DNA of 64,000 bases, from contig DIDS01000009.1 in assembly GCA_002418265.1 (NCBI GenBank), positions 58,764 through 122,763 of the forward strand, given 5' to 3'. How positions within the stretch are numbered: position 1 is the first letter of the stretch; every line of letters starts with the position of its first letter. Shown piece by piece: positions 37,339 through 47,876 of the stretch. Both the position numbers and the translations under genes were made by a program. The stretch comes from Acidimicrobiia bacterium UBA5794 (lineage in GTDB: Bacteria; Actinomycetota; Acidimicrobiia; Spongiisociales; UBA5794). The notes beneath the pieces are model-generated. The model was not told the DNA's origin and ran no database searches. It saw only the letters and a list, made by a program, of their open reading frames with translations.

Positions 37339-38670
37339 ATGCATGACGACATCAAGGCGGCTGTCGCCGCCGATTTTCCCCGTACCCGTACCGAGCTTGA
37401 GGCGATGGTTCGTATCCCTTCGGTCAGCGCCCCCGACTTCGATGCAAGCGAGGTGAGAAGATCCGCCGAGTTCGTGGCCGGACTGCTCACCGACTCTGGG
37501 CTCGACAACGTTCAACTTCTTGAACTTGAGGGTGCACATCCCGCCGTGTATGGCACCAAGCAGGGCCCCGAAGGAGCGCCAACAGTCCTGTTGTACGCCC
37601 ACCACGATGTTCAGCCACCCGGTCCGGCCGGTATCTGGGACACCGATCCGTTTGAACCGACCGAACTGGGCGGGAGGCTGTACGGGCGAGGAACTGCCGA
37701 CGACAAATGCGGTATTGCGATTCACCTGTCGACAATCCGGGTACTCGCAGACTCGCTCCCCGTCACCATCAAGGTCTTCATCGAAGGTGAGGAGGAGATC
37801 GGCTCTGAGCATCTCACCGACTTCCTTGATGCCTATGCCGACCTTCTGGCTTCGGATGCGATCGTCATTGCCGATGCAGGCAATTGGCGTGTTGGTGTCC
37901 CTGCGCTCGCCACCTCGCTTCGAGGCCTCGTCGATTGTGTCGTAACGGTGCGCACTCTCAAGCACGGCGTTCATTCGGGCTCGTTCGGAGGCATCTACCC
38001 GGATGCGATCACGGCGCTTGTCCACACCCTTGCAAAGCTCCACACTGCCGATGGATCAGTCGCTGTCGAAGGTCTCGTGTCGCGAGATGCCGATCCGCTC
38101 GACTTCACCATTGAAGAGGCCAACGAACAGATGCTGCCCGTCGATGGGCTTGAACAGATCGGATCCGGTTCACTCACATCACGAACATGGATGCAGCCTT
38201 CCATCTCGATCCTCGCCATCGATGCAGTGCCGATCGCGGAGGCGATCAACCAGCTCGTACCCGAAGCGAGCGCAAAGGTGAGCATGCGTATTCCTCCGGG
38301 ACAGGATGCAGACGCCGCGTTCGAGGCTTTGACGGCCCATCTCATGGCAAGTGCACCGTGGGGTGCAGAGATCACGGTGAGCGCCGGATCGACTGGTAGC
38401 GCATTTGAACTCGATACTTCGGGTAAGGCGTACGACGCATACCGAACGGGAATGCGCGTCGGTTACGGAACCGATCCCCTCGAGATCGGCGTTGGCGGGT
38501 CAATCCCGTTCGTCGCCGCATTCGCTGAACGCTTTCCCGAAGCTTCGATTCTACTCGTGGGTGCTTCCGATCCAATGAGCCGCTACCACGGGCCAAATGA
38601 AAGTGTGGAGCTGGCAGACCTCCAGAACGCCATCGTGGCGCAGGCAGTGGCACTGACAGAGTTGACTTAG
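37339..38670 (+). CDS. M20/M25/M40 family metallopeptidase (dipeptidase)
   Basis: LLYAHHDVQPP, GRGTADDKCG, IEGEEEIGS metal ligands, dimerisation domain. Start at MHDDIKAAV. Confidence 0.8.
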   Translation: MHDDIKAAVAADFPRTRTELEAMVRIPSVSAPDFDASEVRRSAEFVAGLLTDSGLDNVQLLELEGAHPAVYGTKQGPEGAPTVLLYAHHDVQPPGPAGIWDTDPFEPTELGGRLYGRGTADDKCGIAIHLSTIRVLADSLPVTIKVFIEGEEEIGSEHLTDFLDAYADLLASDAIVIADAGNWRVGVPALATSLRGLVDCVVTVRTLKHGVHSGSFGGIYPDAITALVHTLAKLHTADGSVAVEGLVSRDADPLDFTIEEANEQMLPVDGLEQIGSGSLTSRTWMQPSISILAIDAVPIAEAINQLVPEASAKVSMRIPPGQDADAAFEALTAHLMASAPWGAEITVSAGSTGSAFELDTSGKAYDAYRTGMRVGYGTDPLEIGVGGSIPFVAAFAERFPEASILLVGASDPMSRYHGPNESVELADLQNAIVAQAVALTELT

Positions 38671-38743
38671 TCGGCGGAATGCCCACCCCAGCAGTACCCA
38701 CCTGCCAAGGCCACTGAACGGGTCCGAGCGATACCCTGCCGCG

Positions 38744-39772
38744 ATGCGTCGCTCCACCTTCGCGTTGATCCTCGTTGCCGTCGTTGCCGTCGTTGCCGTC
38801 GTCGTTGTGCGCCTGAGCGATGACACTCCCGGATTCGCTCGGGCAACAACATCGGTCCCAACGATCACTTCCATTGAAAGCACGTCCATTGGTGGGACGG
38901 CCACATCGCCAACCGATGGTGCAACGACCACGACCTCGGTCGTTCCTGGCCTCGTCGTACCCAGCGGCTCGACGGTGTGCGACCTCTACGGCGAATGGAC
39001 GGCGACCGGCACGATCACCAACAGCGAGTTGGTGGAGGCATCAGGTCTGGCTGTGAGCAGAACAACCGATGATGTGTTGTGGTCGCACAACGATTCGGGG
39101 GACGGACCCCGCCTCTATGCCTTCCGCCGGGACGGTACCGACCTCGGCGTGTTCGAGGTGCCGGGAGGGTTCGCCTTCGATTGGGAGGACATGTCTGCGG
39201 GACCGGATGAAAACGGTGATGGTCACTATCTCTACGTTGGGGACATTGGAGACAACTTCGACATTCGCGGGGGTGTGATCGCACTCCACCGCGTCGAAGA
39301 TCTCGATCCAGCAACGATGACGAGCCGGTTTCCACGCTCGGACCCCCTCGCTTTCGAGTACCCCGACGGCACCCACAATTCAGAGGCTTTCTTCATCGAC
39401 CCGATCGACCCGGCCGTGTACCTGGTCACCAAGGCAAAGGACGAGGCCCTCGTGTTTCGCGGATCACTCGTCGTGGACGGTGAACGCTCCCGACTTGAGC
39501 TCGTCGCGACGCTTTCCCTTGGTGGCGAAGTGTCTGGCGCTGACATGAGCTTCGATGGATCAGTGATCGCCTTTCGCGGCTACCGAACCGTGTGGATGTG
39601 GACTCGAACAGCGGGCCAGTCCGTTGCCGAAGCCTTGACCGCAGAGCCCTGTGAGGCTCCGAGCCCGGAGGAACGTCAGGGTGAATCGATCGCCTTTGAT
39701 GCGACGTATTCGTACTGGACACTCAGCGAGGGAACGGCGAAAGATATCCACACCGTCCCGTTCGACGACTGA
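38744..39772 (+). CDS. secreted hypothetical protein (beta-propeller-like; ASGLA...LWSHNDSGD motif)
   Basis: Signal/anchor with VAVVAVVAVVVV encoded by a 9-bp tandem repeat. Thr-rich linker. Roughly 250-aa globular domain. Confidence 0.45.
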   Translation: MRRSTFALILVAVVAVVAVVVVRLSDDTPGFARATTSVPTITSIESTSIGGTATSPTDGATTTTSVVPGLVVPSGSTVCDLYGEWTATGTITNSELVEASGLAVSRTTDDVLWSHNDSGDGPRLYAFRRDGTDLGVFEVPGGFAFDWEDMSAGPDENGDGHYLYVGDIGDNFDIRGGVIALHRVEDLDPATMTSRFPRSDPLAFEYPDGTHNSEAFFIDPIDPAVYLVTKAKDEALVFRGSLVVDGERSRLELVATLSLGGEVSGADMSFDGSVIAFRGYRTVWMWTRTAGQSVAEALTAEPCEAPSPEERQGESIAFDATYSYWTLSEGTAKDIHTVPFDD

Positions 39773-39843
39773 TCCTTCCCAGTACGCATCGACGTCCGAT
39801 TGCTGACTCCGGTGATCGGTCATCGGATGACGGTCATCGGCTA

Positions 39844-40431
39844 CTACTGGTCGACGCGGGTCCGTTTGAACTCGTTCACGTTCGTCCATGACAGCATGCC
39901 GAGGACTCGATCGAGATCAGCGCGCTGATGACGCTCCATGAACCGCACGAACACCGCCTCGCCGTCAGCAATGAAGGTCGGGACTCCGAACACGGCGTGG
40001 GTCTCGACAAGGTCGGTGTGTTCGGCGGCAAGTGTCTTGGCTGGAATGCCGGACGACACCTGTCCGGCGATCTCGCCGGCGTCAAGGCCTACAGACTCCG
40101 CAATCTGCGACAAGACGGAAGCGTCTCCGATCTCGAGCAGGTCATCGTGCTTGGCGTTGTAGACCGCGACATGGAATGCTCGGAATGAATCGGGAAAGCC
40201 ATCGCGAACGGCAAGGGACCACAACAGAGCTCGTACGCCTCGCGGAAGATCTCCAGCAGGATCGTGTTCCCACACCGGCTGGTCCCCGACTTCCAGGTGG
40301 TTCTGAGAAAGCGAGAACGGGCGAAACGTCACGTCGTAGTCGGCCCCATCGTCAAGAGCCTCAACGACTGCCTCGTTTCCGATCCGAGAAAAGGGGCAGA
40401 GGTAGTCGTATGTGATTGCAAACCTGGTCAT
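39844..40431 (-). CDS. DsbA-like thioredoxin-fold protein (HCCA isomerase/DSBA family)
   Basis: N-terminal FAITYDYLCPFSRIG and C-terminal FGVPTFIADGEAVF blocks. Confidence 0.65.
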   Translation of the reverse strand: MTRFAITYDYLCPFSRIGNEAVVEALDDGADYDVTFRPFSLSQNHLEVGDQPVWEHDPAGDLPRGVRALLWSLAVRDGFPDSFRAFHVAVYNAKHDDLLEIGDASVLSQIAESVGLDAGEIAGQVSSGIPAKTLAAEHTDLVETHAVFGVPTFIADGEAVFVRFMERHQRADLDRVLGMLSWTNVNEFKRTRVDQ

Positions 40432-40485
40432 GAATCCTCCATCGCTGCTCGAACGATAGGGCTCCCGGACATCACCGAAACGGTC

Positions 40486-41202
40486 TCAGACAGCGTCTGT
40501 CACCAACGCGTCAAGTGCGACGAGCACCATGTCATCAAAGGACCGTTCACGCTCTTCGGATGTGGTTTCCTCAGCAGTGATGAGATGATCCGAGACCGTA
40601 AGGACCGAAAGTGCTCGCACACCTTCCTCGGCTGCGATGCCGTAGAGGCCAGCCGTCTCCATCTCGACTGCGAGGACATTCATCCTCTGCCATGTTGCAA
40701 GCGCATCGGCTACGGGGTTGTAGAAGCTGTCCGAGGTGTGGACGTTCCCGACGTGTGCGACGAGACCTCTTGCTGCTGCTGCATCAACGGCTGCCGCAAG
40801 AAGCCCGAAGTCTGCAGTCGCCGCGTAGTCCCACCCCGAGTATCGGGCACGGTTGACACCGGAATCGGTTCCTGCCCCGATCGCGAGAATGATCTCGCGC
40901 ATTCCGACATCGCTCGAGATCCCGCCACAGGATCCAACCCGAACGAGACGCTTTGCGTCATATGTGCGGATGAGTTCGGTGATGTAGATCGAGGCAGATG
41001 GCACGCCCATGCCCGTTCCCATGACCGACACGGACATACCGCCATACGTTCCCGTGAACCCGAGCATGTTGCGCACGGCCGTCACCTCAACGGCGTCGTC
41101 GAGGAATGATTCTGCGATGTATTTGGCCCTGAGCGGGTCACCCGGAAGGAGCACTGCCTCTGCAAAGGCACCGTCTCCGGCCGAGATGTGTGGCGTTGGC
41201 AT
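40486..41202 (-). CDS. deoD: purine nucleoside phosphorylase, DeoD type
   Basis: [37 protein letters not shown]. Start at MPTPHISAG. Confidence 0.85.
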   Translation of the reverse strand: MPTPHISAGDGAFAEAVLLPGDPLRAKYIAESFLDDAVEVTAVRNMLGFTGTYGGMSVSVMGTGMGVPSASIYITELIRTYDAKRLVRVGSCGGISSDVGMREIILAIGAGTDSGVNRARYSGWDYAATADFGLLAAAVDAAAARGLVAHVGNVHTSDSFYNPVADALATWQRMNVLAVEMETAGLYGIAAEEGVRALSVLTVSDHLITAEETTSEERERSFDDMVLVALDALVTDAV

Positions 41203-41243
41203 GTGGCTTCTCCTGAGGTCCAGGAACCGCACACTACAGATAT

Positions 41244-41345
41244 CAGACGTCAGAAGTCAGAAGTCAGACGGTCCCCCTGCGGAGTAGGGCCTGCTGCGCA
41301 GGCATTGCTCCGCGTCCCCCCGGAAACCGGGGAGACGGGATAACC
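41244..41345. repeat. heptamers plus single REP-like unit (locus L)
   Basis: cagacgtcagaagtcagaagtcagacg, then gtccccctgcggagtagggcctgctgcgcaggcattgctccgcgtccccccggaaaccggggagacggga. This is the reverse-complement orientation of the locus E hairpin region. Confidence 0.85.
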
Positions 41346-41378
41346 AGGCACCATCGCATCGACACTGCCCACCGGCTT

Positions 41379-42200
41379 TCAGCCAGTTGTGTTCATCGGC
41401 TCGACCATCTCAATGTCTTGGACAACGATTCCGATTGCATCGATCGCTGTTTCTCGGTCTCCGCGGGCGCTGACCGTGTAGTACACGCCATCTTCGTTCC
41501 ATGTGAAAGCGACGGAATCGTGGTGAATTCCACCCCCACATTCGACCAGTGAGCCCTCGTACTTGCCAAATCTGATGACCGTGGGATCGTCACACACAGG
41601 GTCAAACCGCGACGCCTCGATCACGAAATGGGAAAGCACCTTTTGTGCATCCAGTGAACGGGACCCGGACAGCTCCACCATGAAGGTTCCGGATGAAACA
41701 CATGGGGTGTCTTGATCGTCGTTCGACGGGCGGCAGTACTGGCTTCCGGTTTGAAACGGGATGGTGTGTGGACAAGGCACGGCGAATCCCAGAAGATCTG
41801 CCGCAGCAACACAGGTGTCACGGAAATCGGACCCCATGATGGTCAACACTATTGGAGACTCTGCCATGGTGAACGTTGTCCGGGGCTCAGGCACGTCTCC
41901 TGTGGTCGACGGCGCTGCTGGCGGGGCATCGGTGCTCCGCAAGGACGCCACGGCGACAGCGCCAAAGACCGTGATGACGGCAACGGCAGCGAGCGCGAAG
42001 ATCAACCCTGTGTTCTTCCATGGTTTCGGACTCGTCAGGGATGGAATCCCCCTCGTTGCTCGGCGTTCGACGTTCTTGGACATCGCCACACTTTTCTCCT
42101 CAATGGCAAGGAGGAGGGTTGCATCTTCAATCGTGAGTCCGTGCTCGGACACCGGATTGGCGGCGGCGAGTCGATGCAGGATGTCTGAATCATTCATCAC
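41379..42200 (-). CDS. membrane anti-sigma factor (cognate to the upstream ECF sigma)
   Basis: ATGA-coupled to the sigma gene. Cytoplasmic N-terminal domain, one TM segment, Cys-rich extracytoplasmic domain (6 Cys). Confidence 0.55.
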   Translation of the reverse strand: MMNDSDILHRLAAANPVSEHGLTIEDATLLLAIEEKSVAMSKNVERRATRGIPSLTSPKPWKNTGLIFALAAVAVITVFGAVAVASLRSTDAPPAAPSTTGDVPEPRTTFTMAESPIVLTIMGSDFRDTCVAAADLLGFAVPCPHTIPFQTGSQYCRPSNDDQDTPCVSSGTFMVELSGSRSLDAQKVLSHFVIEASRFDPVCDDPTVIRFGKYEGSLVECGGGIHHDSVAFTWNEDGVYYTVSARGDRETAIDAIGIVVQDIEMVEPMNTTG

Positions 42201-42748
42201 ACTTCTCCTTCAGCAGCCTTGGAGGAAGACTGCACGCTGTCTGTTGGGTCGTAGGCCTTTCGAAGCCGGCCGATCGCCCTGTGGATTCGCTGGTCAAGTG
42301 TGCTACGAGATATCCCGAACATCGCGGCCACCTGATCTCGAGGGTGTTCCTCCCATGCGATGAGGCGAAGGATTTCCTGGTCCTGCTTCCTGAGCGAAGC
42401 AACGGCATCGATGAGGCGTTGATCGTTTTCATTGCGAACCACCTGAATGGCGGGGTCGCGCGAGACTTGCTCCGCAGTGCCAGCAAGCTTTGCCTTCAAG
42501 GCTCCGAAGCGATTCGTCGACCTCCGCTGGTTGGACAGAACCCGGAAAGCAACCGCGTAGAGCCAACTGCGTTCGGCTTCGCCGGTTGGCACCTCGTCAA
42601 TTCGTCTCCATGCCACAGCAAACGTGTCTTGGACCGCATCCATGGCGTCGTCCCGTCCGGTCCGGCGCATGCAGTACGACACGATCGCGTCCAGATGGAC
42701 GGCGTACATCGTCCGGAAACGCACATCAGCAATCGACGATCGATCCAC
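42197..42748 (-). CDS. ECF-family RNA polymerase sigma factor
   Basis: Sigma-70 region 2 (AVQDTFAVAWRR...SWLYAVAFRVLSN) and region 4 (ILRLIAWEEHPRDQVAAMFGISRSTLDQRIHRA). Confidence 0.85.
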   Translation of the reverse strand: MDRSSIADVRFRTMYAVHLDAIVSYCMRRTGRDDAMDAVQDTFAVAWRRIDEVPTGEAERSWLYAVAFRVLSNQRRSTNRFGALKAKLAGTAEQVSRDPAIQVVRNENDQRLIDAVASLRKQDQEILRLIAWEEHPRDQVAAMFGISRSTLDQRIHRAIGRLRKAYDPTDSVQSSSKAAEGEV

Positions 42749-42863
42749 GTTGTTTCTCCATGCTCACCGTATAACTGTCCGGACGACGCGTTCCATGACA
42801 GGTTCATTTTCGCTGTCATGAACTTCGAATGCCGGACATGCGGTCTCCACCAAGGTTGCAACA

Positions 42864-42899
42864 GATACCACCTTGTGAATAATTTCACAAGGTGGTATC
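42864..42899. promoter_or_regulatory. perfect 16-4-16 palindrome GATACCACCTTGTGAA-TAAT-TTCACAAGGTGGTATC
   Basis: Lies in the divergent region between the ECF sigma and sqr, about 32 bp upstream of the sqr ATG. Either an operator or a 5'-UTR hairpin. Confidence 0.5.
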
Positions 42900-42930
42900 C
42901 TGTGTGTGTAAGTCATTCGGGAAAGGATCC

Positions 42931-44169
42931 ATGATGCAACGCATTCTGATACTCGGGGCGGGTACGGCAGGCACCATGGCTGCAAATCACCTCCGCAAGG
43001 AACTCGGGTCGGAGTACGAGATCACCATCGTCGATCAGGACGAAACCCACTACTACCAGCCCGGATTCCTCTTCATTCCCTTCGGCACCTATCAGCCTTC
43101 AGACGTGATGAAGCCAACGGCGGACTTCCTTCGCAAGGGAATCTCGCACGTCAACGGTGAGGTGGCATCGCTCGAACCAGCTGCGAACAGGGTCCTGCTC
43201 ACGGATGGACGAACATTTGGCTATGACCACCTGATCATCGCAACCGGCACGCATCCGACGCTGGGAGAAACACCGGGTCTCGACTCGGACGAATACGGCA
43301 AGACGGTGCACGACTTCTTCAGCCTCGAAAGTGCCGTAGCGCTCCAGGAGGCACTCAAGGAATTCAAAGAAGGACGCCTGGTGGTGAGCCTGATCGAAAT
43401 GCCGATCAAGTGCCCGGTCGCACCTCTTGAGTTCGCATTTCTCGCTGATGCGCACTTCACCGATCTCGGGATCCGCGACAAGGTTGAGATCGTCTACGTG
43501 ACTCCCATGAGCAGTGTTTTCACCAAGCCAGTCGCGTCCGAGCAGCTCGGCGACATGTTCGAACAGCGAGGCATTCACCTCGAACCCGACTTCTACCTCG
43601 AGCGAGTCGATGCTGAAGCGAAGATGCTCGTGTCCTACGACGAACGGGAGGTCCCCTACGACCTACTCGTGACAGTGCCCATCAACATGGGAGCCTCGTT
43701 CGTCGGTGCCGCGGGGATCGGTGACGAACTCAACCACGTACGAGTCGATCCTGGGAACTTCCAGTCTCCGGACTATCCGAACATCTTTGCACTTGGCGAT
43801 GCGGCGAGCCTGCCGACATCGAAGGCGGGATCGGTTGCGCACTTTGCAATGGACACGTTCGTCCCGAACTTCGTCGACTACCTGCTTGGGCTTCCCATGA
43901 AGCACGAGTTCGACGGGCACGCAAACTGCTACATCGAGACCGGGCACGACAAGGCAATGCTGATCGACTTCAACTACAAGACCCAGCCACTTCCGGGAAA
44001 GTACCCGGTGCCGGGAATCGGACCCTTCTCTCTCCTTGAGGAGTCGAAGGTCAATCACCGAGGCAAGCTCGCATTCCGATGGATGTACTGGAACCTGCTC
44101 CTTCCCGGTCGGCATCTCCCCGTATCGAGCGAGATGTCAATGGCAGGCAAGGACACCGATCTCGCATGA
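42931..44169 (+). CDS. sqr: sulfide:quinone oxidoreductase (SQR, FAD-dependent)
   Basis: GAGTAGT FAD fold. SQR cysteine blocks IKCPVAPLEFAF and GHANCYIETG, FALGDAAS. Start MMQRILILG after gaaagga. Confidence 0.8.
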   Translation: MMQRILILGAGTAGTMAANHLRKELGSEYEITIVDQDETHYYQPGFLFIPFGTYQPSDVMKPTADFLRKGISHVNGEVASLEPAANRVLLTDGRTFGYDHLIIATGTHPTLGETPGLDSDEYGKTVHDFFSLESAVALQEALKEFKEGRLVVSLIEMPIKCPVAPLEFAFLADAHFTDLGIRDKVEIVYVTPMSSVFTKPVASEQLGDMFEQRGIHLEPDFYLERVDAEAKMLVSYDEREVPYDLLVTVPINMGASFVGAAGIGDELNHVRVDPGNFQSPDYPNIFALGDAASLPTSKAGSVAHFAMDTFVPNFVDYLLGLPMKHEFDGHANCYIETGHDKAMLIDFNYKTQPLPGKYPVPGIGPFSLLEESKVNHRGKLAFRWMYWNLLLPGRHLPVSSEMSMAGKDTDLA

Positions 44170-44211
44170 CCACACGGTGCGTGCGACAAGAACTGAATCA
44201 ATGGAGGAACC

Positions 44212-44529
44212 ATGCCGACCACAGCAATCGCTGATAAAGAAATCCATGTCGACGCAGAAGGATTCATGACCGAATACGACGAGTGGGACGAAGATCTCGC
44301 TCGCATCCTGGCATCCAACATCGGCATCGACGAACTCACCGAAGCCCACTGGTCGGTGCTCAACTTCCTGCGAGCCGACTACGCCGAGCGGGGCGAGACC
44401 CCGACTCTGCGTCGGGTGTCGGCCACCGGAGGCGTTCCGACCAAGGAACTGTTCGTGCTATTCCCGAAGAAGCCAGCACGCAAGATGGCGTATGTGGCCG
44501 GTCTGCCAAAGCCCGTCGGCTGCATCTGA
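44212..44529 (+). CDS. TusE/DsrC-family sulfur-relay protein
   Basis: 105 aa with the characteristic C-terminal arm ...AGLPKPVGCI and the LNFLRADYAERGETPTLRRV helix region. Confidence 0.6.
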   Translation: MPTTAIADKEIHVDAEGFMTEYDEWDEDLARILASNIGIDELTEAHWSVLNFLRADYAERGETPTLRRVSATGGVPTKELFVLFPKKPARKMAYVAGLPKPVGCI

Positions 44530-44547
44530 CAATCGAAAGGAGACACC

Positions 44548-45060
44548 ATGACAGCCACCGAGACCGCCCCGATGGTCGTTCCGGATTTTGGAGACGAGAA
44601 CGAGAGTCGCAAGATTGCGTTCGTGTGCTCAAAGGGCACCCTCGACATGGCCTACCCCGCGCTGATCATGGCGTCTGGTGCTCTGGAACAGGGCATCGAG
44701 ACACACATCTTCTTCACGTTCTGGGGCATGGACATGATCAACAAAAAGACGATGAATGATCTCAAGTTCACGCCTGTCGGGAACACCGCGACACACATGC
44801 CGATGGCTCTCACACCCTTGCCGGGTATGACTGCGATGGCAACGAGTCGGATGCGCAAGCAGTTACAGGAACTCGACATCCCCGATGTCCCTGCATTCCT
44901 TACGCATCTCTCCGACATGGGGTGCCATCTGTGGGCATGCAAGATGTCCGTCGACATGTTCGACCTTGAACGAGATGACATGATGGACGAACTCGACGGG
45001 ATCCTCAACGTGAGCGACTTCATCGAGCTCATCGAGGGCGCCCAGACGATGTTCATCTAG
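44548..45060 (+). CDS. DsrE/DsrF-like family protein
   Basis: KIAFVCSKGTLDMAYPALIMA N-terminal active-site Cys context. 170 aa. Confidence 0.6.
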   Translation: MTATETAPMVVPDFGDENESRKIAFVCSKGTLDMAYPALIMASGALEQGIETHIFFTFWGMDMINKKTMNDLKFTPVGNTATHMPMALTPLPGMTAMATSRMRKQLQELDIPDVPAFLTHLSDMGCHLWACKMSVDMFDLERDDMMDELDGILNVSDFIELIEGAQTMFI

Positions 45061-45087
45061 GTATTCGATTGGTCTCTGCGAATCGAG

Positions 45088-45705
45088 CTACGAGCCTGTG
45101 GCTGCGTATTCGATCTGGCAGAAGCCGTGGTTGCAGTAGCCGCCAGGATTCTTTGCAAGGTACTGCTGGTGATATTCCTCGGCATAGTAAAAAGGTCCAG
45201 CTTCGGCGATCTCCGTGGTGATGGTGCCATAGCCTGACTCCGTCAGCCCTGCTTGGTACGCCCCCATCGAGGCGACAGCGACATCTCGTTGCGCAGGATC
45301 GGTCCAGTAGATCGCTGATCGATACTGCGTTCCACGGTCGTTTCCCTGTTGGTTCAGCGTTGTCGGGTCGTGTTGTTCCCAAAAGTGCTTCAGCAAGATT
45401 TCGAACTCGATCTGGGTCGGGTCGTAGACCACAAGGGCCACCTCGGCGTGACCTGTCGCGCCGGAGCAGACCTCTTCGTAGGTCGGGTTCGGTGTGATGC
45501 CGCCCTGATATCCGACGGCCGTCGTGATGACACCAGGCAGTGACCAAAAGATGCGTTCGGCACCCCAAAAGCAACCCATACCGAAGGACACAACCTGAGA
45601 TCCTTCTGGGAACGGTGGGGTCATCGAGGACTCGTTCACAAAGTGGATGCCGCTGATGGAGAGCGGCTCATCCCGTCCCGGCAGGGCTGTGTCGCGCGTT
45701 GGCAT
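45088..45705 (-). CDS. msrA: peptide methionine sulfoxide reductase MsrA
   Basis: GMGCFWGAE active site and an E. coli-type N-terminal extension (ALPGR...HFVNESSMT). Start codon uncertain (45705 or 45729). Confidence 0.85.
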   Translation of the reverse strand: MPTRDTALPGRDEPLSISGIHFVNESSMTPPFPEGSQVVSFGMGCFWGAERIFWSLPGVITTAVGYQGGITPNPTYEEVCSGATGHAEVALVVYDPTQIEFEILLKHFWEQHDPTTLNQQGNDRGTQYRSAIYWTDPAQRDVAVASMGAYQAGLTESGYGTITTEIAEAGPFYYAEEYHQQYLAKNPGGYCNHGFCQIEYAATGS

Positions 45706-45727
45706 CTGTGTGGTCTTTCGTCTGAAC

Positions 45728-47836
45728 ATGCTCATACAACACAATAGGGACCGGCAAAGTTCCCAGGATTGTGCCGTCAAGCCGCCGAGTTATTACCGTG
45801 GCGAGGTGAACGGCATACTCGAACGACTGCAAGCATTCTCACAGAGACGCGGTGCTGCTTCATTTCTGCTTGCGGCTGTCGTCTTGGGCATCCTCGTTGG
45901 CATTGCGACCGCACTCCTTGCGTGGGGAATTGACGGTGTGGAGACCCTCACCCGAGAGCTCTCGAAGTGGACGACGTGGGAGCGGGGCCTGTTCTTTGTC
46001 GTCATTCCCGTTGGTCTCCTCATCTCATGGATTCTCAATCGCATTTGGGGACCGGGAGTGTCGGGTGGTGGTGTGACCGAGACCATGATTGGTTTGAGCC
46101 TCCATGGGGGATACCTCCCAACGCGCGTCGTTCCGACAAAACTCCTTGCGACTGCGGCAGTGCTCGGTACCGGTGGATCAGGTGGTCGTGAGGGACCCAT
46201 TGTTCTGATCGGTGCGACCATTGGCTCATCGCTTGCGCGATACACCGGGTTCGACCACGATCGGATACGCAGCCTTGTCGCTGCAGGGGCGGGTGCTGGT
46301 ATCGGTGCAAGCTTCAACGCACCGATCGCCGGGATGCTATTTGCCATGGAGGTGATCCTCGGCTCGTTCGCCATTCGGCATCTCAACGCTGTCGTCATTG
46401 CATCCGTGGGTGCTGCTGTGACCAGCCATCTCCTTCTCGGGAAGGATCTCTTCCTGACGTCCCCACCCCACGGTCTCGGATCCCTCGCAGAACTCTTCCT
46501 CTATGTGCTCTTGGCGGTCGTGGCGGTCGCCTTCGGTCTCTTGTATCTGCGAGTCCTTGATGGAACAGAGAAGATCACGTTCCCAAAGCAGCTTCCACGC
46601 TGGACATCACCGGTCATCGCCGGGCTCATCATTGCATCCATCGGCGTCTTCTGGCCGGAATCCCTCGGCACGAGCCGGGAGTTCCTTTCGGGAATACTTG
46701 CCCTCGACACGGTGGACCAAGTGTCGCTCGGGGCAGTCACGCTGCTCGTCATCGCAGTCGCCAAGATCGTCACGTCTGCGCTCACCCGATCGAGTGGTGG
46801 CTCGGCAGGATCATTCATGCCGAGCCTCGTCATCGGCGGCTCCGTTGGGGCAGGTTTTGCCCTCCTTGTCGCACCCTTGTGGAGTATGAGTGATCTGAGT
46901 CCTGGAGCCTTCGCCAGCGTTGGCATGGCATGTACCGTTGCAACGATCGCTCGTGCACCCATGACTGCAGTGATCATTGTCTTTGAAATCACAGGCAATT
47001 ATGAGCTCGTACTCCCCTTGATGCTCGGTGCAGCTCTCGCGACCTATGCAAGTGACCGATTCCACCCTGACTCTGCGTATACGTTGTCGTTGAGACGCCG
47101 CGGTATCTCCCTTCCCCAGAACGAGGACATTGACCTCCTCGACACGGTTGAGGTCCGATCGGTGATGCAGGAAACCGGCGAGGTGTTGCGACCTTGGAAC
47201 ACACTTGCCGAGGCAGCTGAGTATTTCGACATGTCATCCCACCATGGGGCTCCGGTGCTCAACGATCAAGAGCAGCTGGTAGGCATGCTGACCCTTTCCG
47301 ACATCGCCGAGGCCGGTGGGCCCAGCCAGAGCCAGACGGTCGCTACGGCGATGTCCCCCGAAGTGATCACCGTCATCCCCGATGCAACCGTATCCGAAGC
47401 CCTTTCCCGGATGGCTTCATTGGGGGTTGGCAGACTGCCGGTGGTTTCGGCCACCGATCATCGTGACGTCGTTGGTATGTTCAGGAGAGAGTCGGTCGTC
47501 AAGGCATACGACTCCGCCCTGTCGATGTCGACAGGCCGAGAGTTGTACCGGGAACGCAATCGGATACGGACCCAACCGGGAGCCGAATTCTTCGAAGTTG
47601 TGGTGCCAAACAAGTCGGTGGTTGCCAACAGTCGGGTCGCTGACGTCGACTGGCCACCCGATAGCGTCCTGGTGTCGATCCGTCGTGGATCATCGGTCAT
47701 GGTGCCTCACGGACAGACGACGATCCGAACGGGAGACACCATCACCGCATTCGGAAGTCCCACGGCATACGAGCACCTCACGACGCTCGTTGACACCAAA
47801 CAACAGCCGTCCAACATCGACGACACGATCACTTGA
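45728..47836 (+). CDS. ClC-family voltage-gated chloride channel with tandem CBS and TrkA-C domains
   Basis: GSGGREGP selectivity motif, GxFxP-type blocks, two CBS domains, and a C-terminal RCK-C ([30 protein letters not shown]). Start somewhere in 45728-45806. Confidence 0.8.
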   Translation: MLIQHNRDRQSSQDCAVKPPSYYRGEVNGILERLQAFSQRRGAASFLLAAVVLGILVGIATALLAWGIDGVETLTRELSKWTTWERGLFFVVIPVGLLISWILNRIWGPGVSGGGVTETMIGLSLHGGYLPTRVVPTKLLATAAVLGTGGSGGREGPIVLIGATIGSSLARYTGFDHDRIRSLVAAGAGAGIGASFNAPIAGMLFAMEVILGSFAIRHLNAVVIASVGAAVTSHLLLGKDLFLTSPPHGLGSLAELFLYVLLAVVAVAFGLLYLRVLDGTEKITFPKQLPRWTSPVIAGLIIASIGVFWPESLGTSREFLSGILALDTVDQVSLGAVTLLVIAVAKIVTSALTRSSGGSAGSFMPSLVIGGSVGAGFALLVAPLWSMSDLSPGAFASVGMACTVATIARAPMTAVIIVFEITGNYELVLPLMLGAALATYASDRFHPDSAYTLSLRRRGISLPQNEDIDLLDTVEVRSVMQETGEVLRPWNTLAEAAEYFDMSSHHGAPVLNDQEQLVGMLTLSDIAEAGGPSQSQTVATAMSPEVITVIPDATVSEALSRMASLGVGRLPVVSATDHRDVVGMFRRESVVKAYDSALSMSTGRELYRERNRIRTQPGAEFFEVVVPNKSVVANSRVADVDWPPDSVLVSIRRGSSVMVPHGQTTIRTGDTITAFGSPTAYEHLTTLVDTKQQPSNIDDTIT

Positions 47837-47876
47837 TGCTTCCTCGCACCACAAATCACCGGTACCGTCTCAACTG

